64,000 nt of DNA, taken from the IMG/VR virus record IMGVR_UViG_3300001605_000015, positions 1-64,000 of that record; one strand, given 5' to 3'. This DNA comes from an uncultured virus (IMG/VR IMGVR_UViG_3300001605_000015). Taxonomy: Duplodnaviria; Heunggongvirae; Uroviricota; Caudoviricetes. Below, piece by piece: positions 49,076-59,550 of the stretch (position 1 is its first letter; each line of letters starts with the position of its first letter). The notes under the pieces were generated by a model. That model ran no database searches. It was not told the DNA's origin and saw nothing but the letters and a program-made list of their open reading frames with translations. The translations under genes were made by a program, and so were the position numbers.

Positions 49076-50407
49076 ATGTATGACGACTATCCTGATAGCA
49101 CTAGCTATCAAAATCCGCACGATTCCTTCAAAGGTATTCACGAGGTAACTTCGGCTTCCTCTCCCGGTGTGACGTATTCCGTCAATCTCGACACTGGCGA
49201 ATGCTCTTGCCAACACGGCAAGCCTTGGACGTGGGTTTCTTCAAAGCACAAGTGGGTCAAAGCAAACTGGTGCAGTCATAAGATGCGGGCTGTTGCGTCC
49301 GTTATTGACGCCATGCCAAAAGGTATTGAGCGGCAAACCGCACAAGCCGCCTATAACAAGTTACTAGGCGAACGCTACATCATCTGGGAAAGCGTATCGG
49401 CCTTTCACAAGGAACTGCGGCGCGGGGATCGGGAAAAAGCCTGTTATTGGGCGCTAAGCGTTGCTGCGCATCGCGGTCTATCCGGCGTGGCCCGTTACAT
49501 GCTAAACATCCTTTTCGAAGAAAGCCGCGACCTTAGCTTGTATCTTCGTCTCATTCGTCTTTGCGAAAAGGGTAGCAAAGTAACGTATGACGAGGTAATG
49601 ACAGCGGTGCGTCTATTCTGCATTGCGCCAAAAAAATGGGAGCTTGAGCCTCGTCTCGAAATCTTTCTTAACGAGATGCGCGGCTACAAAGCACTAGCCA
49701 AGGACTATACCTACGAAGTTGCCAAAGGCAGCGATATTATCGACAATAGGCACAACGCAACTATCGAAAAAGCTTTGATAGAGGGCCTGCTTCGCGGCGA
49801 TCCCGTCATGGTGCAATACGGCCTCAAAGGTCTTTGGAAATCCAAAGCGCCGGGAGGTATCAAAGAGCTTCGCATCCAGTCTTTCAATATCCTTACGGAC
49901 GCACTCAATCAGGAAGGTCCGTTTGCGAAAGGTATCGGGTTTCAATACGACGAGGAATACGCATTCAAGCTGCATGAGTTAATCATGCGGCGTTATACTA
50001 CCTTCGGGGATATGGGCTACCATGAGCTAAACGCGCTCTGCGATGCCCTCACGGGGGAGCGTTACCCTAGCGGGGAGCACCTAACCCCAGCCAATACAGC
50101 GAGGCTTATAAGCACGTCTCCGACGCCCTACGCACCGCCTCTTGGAGCGGTTCGGACCATACCACTATACGCACTGGACAACCACAATCACCGTGGCAAG
50201 CACCTCATGCGCAAATGGGGCGCCACCGAATTGCTTCCCGGTGCGGAGCAGACAAACTTGGACTTTCGCTGGTGCGGCGCTTACTTCGGTGTTGCATGGC
50301 GTATGCTTGCCTACAAACAGCACGGAAGTTGCGAAGTTGCTTGGAAGGACGTAAAGTGGAACCAAGTGCCTTGGCTCTATAAGCACGTCAACCAAATGTT
50401 CTACTGA
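49076..50407 (+). CDS. SWIM zinc finger fused to MgsA/RarA C-terminal-like domain
   Basis: 'YSVNL..GECSC...WCSH' and 'SAFHKELRRGD.EKACYWA...NILFEE'. Confidence 0.6.
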   Translation: MYDDYPDSTSYQNPHDSFKGIHEVTSASSPGVTYSVNLDTGECSCQHGKPWTWVSSKHKWVKANWCSHKMRAVASVIDAMPKGIERQTAQAAYNKLLGERYIIWESVSAFHKELRRGDREKACYWALSVAAHRGLSGVARYMLNILFEESRDLSLYLRLIRLCEKGSKVTYDEVMTAVRLFCIAPKKWELEPRLEIFLNEMRGYKALAKDYTYEVAKGSDIIDNRHNATIEKALIEGLLRGDPVMVQYGLKGLWKSKAPGGIKELRIQSFNILTDALNQEGPFAKGIGFQYDEEYAFKLHELIMRRYTTFGDMGYHELNALCDALTGERYPSGEHLTPANTARLISTSPTPYAPPLGAVRTIPLYALDNHNHRGKHLMRKWGATELLPGAEQTNLDFRWCGAYFGVAWRMLAYKQHGSCEVAWKDVKWNQVPWLYKHVNQMFY

Positions 50408-50413
50408 GGCACA

Positions 50414-50905
50414 ATGGAAGAAGCAACTCAGCACAGGTTTGTTATTGACGAAAACGAAGTGGTCGTGGATAACCTCGCCTACTTCGTTTACAGCAGTTTG
50501 CAAACCCAAAAATGGCTAGACGACGATAGGTTCGCGTTCATGCTGAACCGGGTTTTTCGAGAGTATCTTCTGCCCGGATCAGACGAAGCAGCCCTATATA
50601 GACCACTCTCTATAACTTGGTTATTGCGGACCCCTGATGCAAAAGCGGCGCACTACCTTCAAGAAAAATGGGGAACACGCTACGGCCTTGAGTTATCATG
50701 CGACCAGCTTACCGATGGAACATTCTCTTGCAGGGTTTCCAAAACGGTTGGCGAAACCATCTATACGGTTTCTAGTGACGAGCAGAGCGATAACGAAACA
50801 ATAGCGTGTCTGCTTGCCCTTTCCGCTGCTTGCCTAGAGTGGAGCACGATACAACGAACTGATCAATACAACCAAGCTACGATAGCCTCTGCAACCACGG
50901 AGTAG
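50414..50905 (+). CDS. Hypothetical protein
   Basis: GAGG RBS; packed in operon. Confidence 0.65.
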   Translation: MEEATQHRFVIDENEVVVDNLAYFVYSSLQTQKWLDDDRFAFMLNRVFREYLLPGSDEAALYRPLSITWLLRTPDAKAAHYLQEKWGTRYGLELSCDQLTDGTFSCRVSKTVGETIYTVSSDEQSDNETIACLLALSAACLEWSTIQRTDQYNQATIASATTE

Positions 50906-50909
50906 TGCT

Positions 50910-51380
50910 GTGCCTATACGCTCTCGGAAAATGTTTTCCAATTCTTCTCGGTATGTTCGTTACGACGCCGAGACTAACACCTACGATTACCGAACACCTA
51001 GCGACGTTGTTATGTGGCCGCAGACTTTCCGAGAGCGCGTGATCCGAGACTGGACGTTTCCCAATGCGTCTGGAATGTATGACTCTGACTACACGGCTTA
51101 TGCAAAGCATATGGAAAAGGAAACGTGGCGTATACGCGGCCACCTTGTCAGCTTCAAGGTAAAACATCTTCGCCATTCGTCTGGTCGCTACATCCCTTTA
51201 ACATTTGTTTTGTCTAACATCAAAAGCCAGTCTTTGCTACTGGACAACCAGAACCCTATCATCCGTTCTTTAATGATTTACAGCTTCCTGAGAGACGAGC
51301 CTATAGGTGGCCTGCCAAACTTTAAGCTGCTTGATAAGCACGTTCTTCTTTCGGTTGATATAGGTCGCCTAACCGAGTAA
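50910..51380 (+). CDS. Hypothetical protein
   Basis: AACCACGGAG leader, GTG start. Confidence 0.65.
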   Translation: MPIRSRKMFSNSSRYVRYDAETNTYDYRTPSDVVMWPQTFRERVIRDWTFPNASGMYDSDYTAYAKHMEKETWRIRGHLVSFKVKHLRHSSGRYIPLTFVLSNIKSQSLLLDNQNPIIRSLMIYSFLRDEPIGGLPNFKLLDKHVLLSVDIGRLTE

Positions 51381-51419
51381 ATTACTCATAGTGATCCTCT
51401 AGGAAAAGGAAACGAGCCA

Positions 51420-51842
51420 ATGCGACATGTAATCACCGAGTTTCAGACTTTCTGGAAAGCTGAAAAAGTGGACGGGTCTTCGGCCCATTACGATTCGTCT
51501 CTTTCGAGAAGCGAGGTTCTTCAACAAGACACACAGATTGTAAACGCGGTAAAGGTTCGCGGCTACGGTCTTTACGATACAACGGAAGGAACAGAGCTTG
51601 TTGGTGTTTATGCCTCGGCTGATGATGCGGCCAATGCAGTAAAGACTGCGGAGGTTGTAAATGAAACTGCCGTTGCGGCAGAGACACCTACGGAAACCCC
51701 AACAGAGGAAGAACCAAGTGCAGGAACAGACGACACTGACACAGGAACCGCAGAACCAGAGCCAAGAGCCGAACCCGCTAAGGCAGTTGACCAACGTCCA
51801 AGCAGCGGGGTTGGTGGCAAGATTGGTCGTTTTAGCCGGTAG
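51420..51842 (+). CDS. Hypothetical protein
   Basis: AAAGGA RBS; low-complexity C-terminus. Confidence 0.65.
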   Translation: MRHVITEFQTFWKAEKVDGSSAHYDSSLSRSEVLQQDTQIVNAVKVRGYGLYDTTEGTELVGVYASADDAANAVKTAEVVNETAVAAETPTETPTEEEPSAGTDDTDTGTAEPEPRAEPAKAVDQRPSSGVGGKIGRFSR

Positions 51843-51843
51843 T

Positions 51844-52248
51844 ATGCAGGTGCTTTACAAGTATGCCTTACAAGGCTCGCCTGTAAAGGAAACGTCCAGT
51901 TTGGCACCTGCTGTTGTTGCCATTGACGCGGCTGTTAGAGAGTTGTTCGATAGTCGCGGAGAAAACCAGAAACCTTTGTTTCGCAAGATCGTTCAGAAAA
52001 AGAAACAACTTCTTGAAAAAGAAACAAAGCGGGCTGGGGTAATGGAAAGTGCTTATGCTTTAATTCACGAATTGGAGCGTATGCGGGTGGCTAACGTATA
52101 CGGCATTGATACAGGCGCTAGTCACACAGCCTTCGTTATATATACCTTGCACCAAAACTATCTACATGTGTTCGATACGCTGAAAGATACCTTCAATCAC
52201 GACCGCGCTTCTGTTCTGTCTAAGCGTCTGCGAAAGCTTTCGTTGTAA
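51844..52248 (+). CDS. Hypothetical protein
   Basis: ATG immediately after upstream stop. Confidence 0.6.
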   Translation: MQVLYKYALQGSPVKETSSLAPAVVAIDAAVRELFDSRGENQKPLFRKIVQKKKQLLEKETKRAGVMESAYALIHELERMRVANVYGIDTGASHTAFVIYTLHQNYLHVFDTLKDTFNHDRASVLSKRLRKLSL

Positions 52249-52329
52249 GTCGGAAATACTTTGCGGCTCCTAGTGCAACTTGCTATGCTATAACAGCGTT
52301 ACAGCAACCACACTAGGAGCCTGCTCTTC

Positions 52330-52479
52330 ATGAACGAACCACCAAAAAAACCTGCAATCTTTGTGCTGCTCGACGGCCTTATCGGATTGCTGTTTCTTCC
52401 AATCGGCCTTGCCTTGATCGGGCTTTGCCTTTTCATTCTTTACCACCTTGTTCGCATCTTGTTTGCGAACGCATTCTAA
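52330..52479 (+). CDS. Small membrane protein (49 aa), not in the ORF track
   Basis: TTGCGG-17-TATGCT promoter at 52261, AACCAC..AGGAG leader; MNEPPKKPAIFVLLDGLIGLLFLPIGLALIGLCLFILYHLVRILFANAF. Confidence 0.7.
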   Translation: MNEPPKKPAIFVLLDGLIGLLFLPIGLALIGLCLFILYHLVRILFANAF

Positions 52480-52492
52480 CCTCGGAGGACAC

Positions 52493-52924
52493 ATGGGACG
52501 TTCCGTATCACGACCTCGCAACGCCGTTCTTGTTGCTTACTGCGATTGGTTCGACGGCGAATATGAAGACGACGAGACTGGCGAAACGAAATATCGTGAA
52601 GCCGAACACTTTGACTGGGACGATTACCTTTACGGCCTGACCGAGCGCGTAAAGGAATTGTGGCCTTCCTTCGAGTCCTGCGACAAGTGGCTCGACCGCG
52701 AGGACCACGCAATCATGGAAAACAGGCTGGCATACTTCGGTGTTTCCGAATACTGCGGCTTGGCATCTATCTGGATGGTTCCCAAGGACCACGACGAAGT
52801 GTTTAATCTTGCAGAGCCTTGGCTGAACCGTGCATCCAAAAAGTTTTACGAGAACTTTGGTAACTTGACCAAGCTCGGAACCATGTCCAACGGCGAAGGC
52901 GTGTATCAACGCAAAACTGCCTGA
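52493..52924 (+). CDS. Hypothetical protein (MGRSVS...SNGEG family)
   Basis: GGAGG RBS. Confidence 0.8.
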   Translation: MGRSVSRPRNAVLVAYCDWFDGEYEDDETGETKYREAEHFDWDDYLYGLTERVKELWPSFESCDKWLDREDHAIMENRLAYFGVSEYCGLASIWMVPKDHDEVFNLAEPWLNRASKKFYENFGNLTKLGTMSNGEGVYQRKTA

Positions 52925-53005
52925 CAGACGCAAACCGATTGCGCGCCGTGTATGCGGCGCGTATTCATTCCTTACTATCTATTCCCCAACTATACGGAGC
53001 CTGTA

Positions 53006-53368
53006 ATGGGACTTATTGCTTCTGTTTACCGCAATGCCGACGACCGTGATTGCACCCTTCACGGCTGGTCCAGCAAAGCGTATGGTTTCGACAGCGTTTG
53101 CGTCGTCAACGCTGACGGGCCTTTCGAGCCTGACGAAAAGCACCCTGCCGTGCTTGTTGTTCGTCACCGCACTATGAATACCCTTCATGCCGTGTCCAAG
53201 CACCATCTGGATACGGGTAAGTGGACTATGATGGGCGGCAACTTCCTCTACACCAGCGACAGTCGTTTCGGTGAGCTTTGCCGCAAACTTCTGCAAGAGG
53301 GCGGCGTCAAAAGCCCCACGCATTTCAACTATGGTGCGGTTCCTATCCACGACCGCGTTGAGAGCTAA
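53006..53368 (+). CDS. Hypothetical protein
   Basis: Promoter at 52939, GGAG RBS; 'MMGGNFLYTSDSRF...PIHDRVE'. Confidence 0.8.
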   Translation: MGLIASVYRNADDRDCTLHGWSSKAYGFDSVCVVNADGPFEPDEKHPAVLVVRHRTMNTLHAVSKHHLDTGKWTMMGGNFLYTSDSRFGELCRKLLQEGGVKSPTHFNYGAVPIHDRVES

Positions 53369-53372
53369 TAAC

Positions 53373-54286
53373 ATGGCTACTAGGGAACAGCACACTGAGT
53401 TGCTTGTCGATACGCTTTACGATTACGTTAAGCCGGAAAACATGCAAGAAGGGGTTGCGGAGCTTCTGTATCAGATGACCGACACGTATGTTCGCAGTCT
53501 GAGCGATGATGCCTTCCGCGACTACTGGATGCACTACTGCGTAGAGGATACCGTCGATGGTTGAAATCGCCAAAGTGGCAAGACGTGTTTATCGTTGTGT
53601 CGATTGCGGCAACGAAACAATTGTACAAACCAATCATATAGGCACTTGCTGGCCGCGATGCACAGGAGCTTGTCGCAGGATAGCTAACGAGCATACATCA
53701 CGAGAATTAGTTATGCCTGCGCACACACCCCATGTTTACGTAAAGGATGCCGACACATGAACACCGCTATTCAGCTTATCCGCGAGATGCGCCAAGACGA
53801 TGACGGCGATAAATGGGGCTGGGCTATGTCGTGGGCTTTCCAGATTTGCGACATGATCTACTTTCGGTCGGAGCTTCCAGTCCCTCACGAGTTGCAGTAT
53901 CGCCCGCCGATGACTTCGGACATGCCAGAGGACGACGAATACAAGATTGAGATGCTTTCTCGCTATCAGCCCGAAGATTGGGTTAAGGTTGTTCGAGCAC
54001 TCAATCGCTATCTGGACAAGCTCAAGGAAGCTGGTCTAGACTACTGACACTCTCAATTCAAGGAAGTATCATGACCGCTATCAAGCGTCCTAACCCGAAG
54101 TATCTCGCCGTTCTTACTCACAACTCTGCGGACGGTGAGATTGAGCAGCAGCGCATCATCGACCACAACAGGCACGAAGATCGCGTTTGGCTTGGAAAGC
54201 ATTCTTTCTGGGCTTTACGCAATAACAAGGCTATTACGACCGTGCCTGTTGCTAGTCACGACTCCGAACTGCCTGCATGGGTCTAG
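53373..54286 (+). CDS. Run of four small hypothetical genes (53373-53564, 53557-53760, 53757-54047, 54071-54286)
   Basis: Coupled short ORFs with RBS-like sequences; 53557-53760 carries Cys pairs. Confidence 0.6.
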
Positions 54287-54359
54287 ACATGTAATTTCGG
54301 ATAGCGCGGACTGACCACCCGCGCTATTCTTTTCCTACCATCAACCACGGAGCTTAGAC

Positions 54360-54620
54360 ATGCCTCGCAACAGATTCGATAATGCCCTTCTCATTCAACA
54401 AGGTGCTTGCAACCCCTCTGGTGTTGCCCGTTCTCTCGTTGAAGCCTGCGACGAATGCCTCAAGGAAGGCGTAAGCCAGCGCGAAGATGCGGCGGTGCGA
54501 CTGATCGTCCACCAGCTTGCCCATTTGATGAACGTCTCGCAAATCGACTCGGAACTCATGGAGTATTCGCGGCTCACGGACCTTTGCCGCGAGAAAGCCG
54601 AAAATGCGGAGCGCGTGTGA
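54360..54620 (+). CDS. Hypothetical protein
   Basis: Hairpin promoter at 54302, AACCACGGAG leader. Confidence 0.8.
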   Translation: MPRNRFDNALLIQQGACNPSGVARSLVEACDECLKEGVSQREDAAVRLIVHQLAHLMNVSQIDSELMEYSRLTDLCREKAENAERV

Positions 54621-55003
54621 TGAAACAGGAACGCCGCGAACAGGTCGCCAAAATTCACCTGCCCGAGCGTGGACCCAAGATGTTCCGCAAACTCGAAGTT
54701 TACTACGACGAGGGCGGTATCAGCATGTGGACCTATAAGAAAAAGGAACGGGGTTTCTACATCACAAGCCGCGTAGCCGAGATTGCCAACGGCTGTGAAA
54801 CGTGGACCCCCGGTCAAGCTGGTGACGGCTTCATCTTCCTTGAGGGCGCAACTCGCTTCAATCGCAAGCGTCTTGAACAGCTTGCCGCCAACGCCCGCAA
54901 GTATTCTGAACAGATCAACATCATGCTTGAGCGGCCCGTCGAAGGTAACGTCGATTACATTCAGCATGTCGTGTTGCAAGGATACGAAGTAACTCCGGTA
55001 TAA
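54620..55003 (+). CDS. Hypothetical protein
   Basis: TGATG coupling. Confidence 0.7.
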   Translation: MKQERREQVAKIHLPERGPKMFRKLEVYYDEGGISMWTYKKKERGFYITSRVAEIANGCETWTPGQAGDGFIFLEGATRFNRKRLEQLAANARKYSEQINIMLERPVEGNVDYIQHVVLQGYEVTPV

Positions 55004-55093
55004 CGCGGTTATTACGCCAGTGCAGGACAAAGCGATAGCGCGGGTCTGTAGCCCGCGCTATTATTATTTGCAACCACAACACACGCGAGTAAC

Positions 55094-56483
55094 ATGCAAG
55101 ATCACGTAAACATAGGTGGCGGCGGCGCAAGCCATCGGACGCCACAGAAACTTCTGCTGCGCATGGCTAACCGACATGGGCTTATTGCAGGCGCTACTGG
55201 CACGGGCAAAACGGTTACACTTCAAGCTATGGCCGAAGAGTTTAGCCGCAACGGCGTATCGGTATTCATGGCCGATGCCAAATCCGATCTATCTGGTATG
55301 GCAAAGCCCGGTAGTTCTTCGTTTCGGCTGCACCGACGGCTAACAGATCGTGCAACCCAGATCGGGCTTTCGTCCTACCAATACGAACAGTTTCCCGTAA
55401 CTCTATGGGACGTGTTTGCCAATGACGGCGTTCCTGTTCGCATATCCATACGGTCTATGGGTCCGTCTCNNTTTGCCAAGATGCTCGAATTATCCGATGC
55501 ACAGGAAGGCGTCTTGTCTGTTGTGTTCGCGGTAGCCGATCAACGGAGTATGTCACTACATACTGTAAACGACCCTGCGTAGAGTCATGCAGTATGTATC
55601 TCAACACGCTAAGGACGTGACAACAGAGTTCGGCAGCGTCACGCCAACAGGTATTGGCTATATCCAACGCAAGTTACTTATGCTCACGAACCAAGGTGCC
55701 GAGGATGTGTTTGGTACACCGTCTCTCGACCTATTCGACATGATAGACACCGATGATCGCGGCTATGGCAAGGTCAACATACTTGCTGCGGAGCGGTTGA
55801 TGCGCACACCCAGCATGTATGGATCGTTTCTACTTTGGATGCTGACCGAGCTTTTCCACAAGCTTCCAGAGGTCGGGGATATGGACAAGCCCAATCTTGT
55901 TTTCTTCTTCGACGAGGCACACATGCTATTCGACAATGCGTCTAGGACGTTGCTTAGGACAGTCGAGCAGGTAGTTCGTCTCATTCGTTCCAAGGGCGTT
56001 GGCGTATACTTCGTAACCCAGAACCCTACAGACATTCCCGATGCTATCCTCGGTCAGCTTGGCAATCGAGTGCAACACGCGCTTCGTGCCTTTACCGCTA
56101 GGGATCAAAGAGCCGTTCACGCGGCGGCTCAGACGTTTAGGAAAAACGGATCATTCAGCACAGCAGATGCTATAGTAAATATGGGCGTTGGCGAAGCACT
56201 TGTATCTTTCTTGGATGATCGCGGCACACCCAACATGGTTCACCGCACGTTGATACGACCACCATCTTCTCAGGTTGGCCCACTTACGGACGCGGAGCGG
56301 CGCACTTGTATTGAGCACGATCCTCTTAACATCAGGTATGCGTCAAGGCAACGGCAATCCGGCGACAGTATCGACTTCATGCAGTATCCCACCTTCCTTA
56401 AATTCATGGGAGGTCTCGCGGCTCTCGGATACGTCTTAGGCGGAACCATCTTGCTATATGTGCTGACAAAACTTATCGTATAA
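55094..56483 (+). CDS. yjgR: DUF853/YjgR HerA-like ATPase; apparent 1 nt insertion at ~55573-55575 splits it (error or pseudogene)
   Basis: 'MANRHGLIAGATGTGKTVTLQ', 'LPEVGD.DKP.LVFFFDEAH', 'VRLIRSKGVGVYFVTQNP.D.P..LGQLGNRVQHALRAFT'. Confidence 0.88.
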
Positions 56484-56540
56484 CCGTGTTACAGCGGCTA
56501 TACTATTCCTGCGGAAACCACAAACTACGGAGTATCTTCT

Positions 56541-57511
56541 ATGGCTGACACTACCTTTCTGCATGTCTTCTTCCGTTCCTTCGGAGATGCAGACTTCATT
56601 CACTCGAAAATCGAAATCCCGATGGACGAGTGCAACGACTACGAGGCGATGCCAACCAACGACCTAATGACAGTTGCCGTGCGCCACGAGTTTGCACATC
56701 AGGATGGCGCTTACCATTTCGAAGCACCCGACGCAGGCTCTACTGCCGACGAGGTTATCTCGGAAAACTTGACAAACGGTTACGACTTGATCGCCGCCTT
56801 CTTCGGTGACGTTCACTTCATCCAATAGGGAGCTATCACAATGACAGAGCCAGTTCGCTATCTTTCAGCAGAGCGCATGACGCAAGACGACTTCGGTGTT
56901 CCTTTCACCATGCAACCCGGCGAGGTTGTGTATGACGCGGCTACCGAACGACCGGGAGGTTATCCGGGGCCGTGGGCTTGCATGACCGTTCAATCCTATA
57001 TGGATCATGGTCTTGGAAAGCTAGGAACTGGTTTCGGTCAAAGATACGTCCGAAACGAACAGGGTCATCTAATCAAAGTGGAGGGAGTAAATAGNCCNAG
57101 AAAATACACGGTAGAGTTCACGCTTGCCGACGCAGAGTTCGAAGAGTTACGGCAAGGACTTTGTTCGCGCTGAAAACGTCTACTCGAAAGGAGGGCAACA
57201 AGCGCGACGAAAATAACGAAGTTCACATGGCTGCGTCCATCATCCAGTTTCTCTGCTACGATGACGGTGAAATGGACGGCACGTTTGTCGTAACCAAAGT
57301 CGAGCCTACTACCGACGATGCGGTGACACAGGCAATCGTCGCCACTGGCAACACCACCATCACACTAACGCAAGAACAGTATCACGTTCTGCAAACTGTA
57401 AACGCACTATATCTGGCAAACGTGATGGGCAACGGTGAGCTTCCAGACAAGGACGACGATACCCTTGCCGAACTTGTTAGCCTCATTGGTATTCCAAAGG
57501 AATCTGTCTAA
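56541..57511 (+). CDS. Small hypothetical genes (56541-56828; 56841-~57095; ~57095-57511); boundaries blurred by Ns at ~57095
   Basis: GGAG RBSs; N-containing junction. Confidence 0.55.
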
Positions 57512-57807
57512 TGGGATACTACATCAACCCAGAACAAGGTTCCAAGGTTGACTGACTTGCCGCCAACGCTGTTGCGGTGCTGCTTTCCGCCCCTGACCAG
57601 CATCGTCTCGTAACCACAGACATCAAGGGCAACGACTGTATATTCTACGCGGTTTGCCTTGTTGACAACGGGGCATTCTCTGCTGCGGCAGTCGCCCACA
57701 GCCAGCGTGAGCTAGAGGTTTTTAACCTGCCATCGGACAAGCGGTCTAAGGTTTGGTTCTACATTCCAAAGGAGGCTCTTCTGCCGTTCTGCCCAATTTT
57801 GGAATGA
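57511..57807 (+). pseudogene. Hypothetical gene with in-frame TGA at 57553-57555
   Basis: AAGGA RBS; MGYYINPEQGSKVD*LAAN...VCLVDNGAFSAA stays in one frame across the TGA. Confidence 0.55.
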
Positions 57808-57895
57808 CCAATCAAGGTTGACTAAATTATATTGCGCGGGGAGAAATCCTCGCGCTATTCTTTTCATACCAACCACAAACCACGGAGTTGCAGTT

Positions 57896-58251
57896 ATGCG
57901 CAGTTTCTATATCCCCACTAAGACAGTGCAACCCATCGCCACCATGCTTGGCTATCGTACGCAAGAAGGTCAACGTCACGGTCACGGAANNCGTGACACT
58001 CTGACGGCCTTAACTGGTCTGGCGGCTCACGCAACGAATACCACGCTGTCGATCTTGTTACGGGTAAGTCCGTGACCCGCGACTTCTCTGCGCCGCACCC
58101 AATGTTCAACGAAAACGAGGGCGCACGGGTAAAGCTTCCCGAGAACGGCGCAATCGTCAAGACCGGGACGTTCATGGGCAAGCCCGCCATGATGACCATC
58201 TACGTTCGCCCTGATAACATTACCCCGGCCTTGGCCGCATACGCGGGTTGA
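57896..58251 (+). CDS. Hypothetical protein (WSGGSR motif), frame broken around Ns at 57990
   Basis: Promoter at 57832, double AACCAC leader; open 3' frame 'NWSGGSRNEYHAVDL...GTFMGKPAMMTIYVRP'. Confidence 0.6.
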
Positions 58252-58254
58252 TCT

Positions 58255-58572
58255 ATGGCCCGCCCCAAGAAGCCTACTGCCAGCAAAAAACTGCTGGCAG
58301 CACAGGCTGCGCACGACAAGTTTCTTCGCAGCCACGGCATTGATCCTAGTCGCAAGCCGACGCTTCGCGGCGTTGTTAAAAACGATCTTGTCGTATCCGG
58401 CAATAACCGTGTTACAAACCTGCCACCAACCTCGGACAAGGTTCCCGGTAGTGGCGTTGCCCAGCGACCCACGCCTAGATGCGATCTACCTATAGCTCAG
58501 GTATATCATAAGGGTCCGCTTATGGTTGTTACCGACATAAAAACACTCGAAGGTTCCAAGCGCCGCAGCTAA
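58255..58572 (+). CDS. Hypothetical basic protein
   Basis: 'IAQVYHKGPLMVV'; packed in operon. Confidence 0.7.
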   Translation: MARPKKPTASKKLLAAQAAHDKFLRSHGIDPSRKPTLRGVVKNDLVVSGNNRVTNLPPTSDKVPGSGVAQRPTPRCDLPIAQVYHKGPLMVVTDIKTLEGSKRRS

Positions 58573-58606
58573 CGTGTATATTATCTTAAAACCACAGGAG
58601 CATATC

Positions 58607-59101
58607 TTGCAAAAAATGTACCCACAAAGTCACAAGCTTTCTGCCGCATCCCATATGCGCCATGCGCTTTCCAAGTCTCTAGCGCGGTTTTCTGCGGCTC
58701 TACAGGAGCTTTCGGAGAAGCTTGCCGATCCTACCAGCCATTCCGATAGCGAACAGGTTGTAAACGCGGATAACGACAGAATCATTGAAGTACCTCTGCC
58801 ACCTAAGCTTAGTCTTAACCCCGATGATTTGCAGAACTTCAAAGCCGTTGCATCTGGCGGATATAGCAACATAGGTATAGCCCCTTGCTATGTGAACCGT
58901 GAAGCTAGTTCTGCCATAGTTGCTGTTCGTCAGTTTTCTGATCATGTAGAGGTTCATCCTATGTTTGTCGCTGTTACACATTCTATGCAGTTGCTAGATC
59001 AGTTCGGGGTCGCATTGCACAAAAACCTAGATGACGTTCCCGAAGCTCAGGAAGCCAAGGAACAGCTATACATAATTCTTAATAGAAGGAGTGACGAATA
59101 G
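58607..59101 (+). CDS. Hypothetical protein (start TTG 58607 or ATG 58616)
   Basis: TTCCAA-17-TATATT promoter, AACCACAGGAG leader. Confidence 0.65.
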   Translation: MQKMYPQSHKLSAASHMRHALSKSLARFSAALQELSEKLADPTSHSDSEQVVNADNDRIIEVPLPPKLSLNPDDLQNFKAVASGGYSNIGIAPCYVNREASSAIVAVRQFSDHVEVHPMFVAVTHSMQLLDQFGVALHKNLDDVPEAQEAKEQLYIILNRRSDE

Positions 59102-59159
59102 CCTTGCTGCCCAAAGACGCGGCGGTTACTTTACTTTTACGAAAACCACGGAGCATCCA

Positions 59160-59546
59160 ATGTCCAACAAATTTAGGCTGATCACCTACAAATCATTATT
59201 CATGCCTGTGTCGAATTGCGTGAAGCTAAACTTTTACGCAAGTTCTCAATTCTGCGACAACATCCGCGATGTTGCCAACGAGCTAAAGGCTTTCTACTTC
59301 TCTGGTAATCAGAACGTGCCAGATCACTTCGCGTATGTTGAATACTACCGCGATCCCCTTCCCGAAGAGACCGAAGAATACGTCACCGTCAGCAAGTTCG
59401 TCGTAACTGAGAGCGCCTTCGTTGATGGCTTTCAAATGGTGAATGCTCTCGACACGCATTTGCCCAGTGACGCGGAGTATGCGATTATCGCAGATTGGCA
59501 TCAAGCCGTCCTGACCTTGCACTACTTTGTTCTAGACAAGGTATAG
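59160..59546 (+). CDS. Hypothetical protein
   Basis: AACCACGGAG leader. Confidence 0.7.
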   Translation: MSNKFRLITYKSLFMPVSNCVKLNFYASSQFCDNIRDVANELKAFYFSGNQNVPDHFAYVEYYRDPLPEETEEYVTVSKFVVTESAFVDGFQMVNALDTHLPSDAEYAIIADWHQAVLTLHYFVLDKV

Positions 59547-59550
59547 CATA

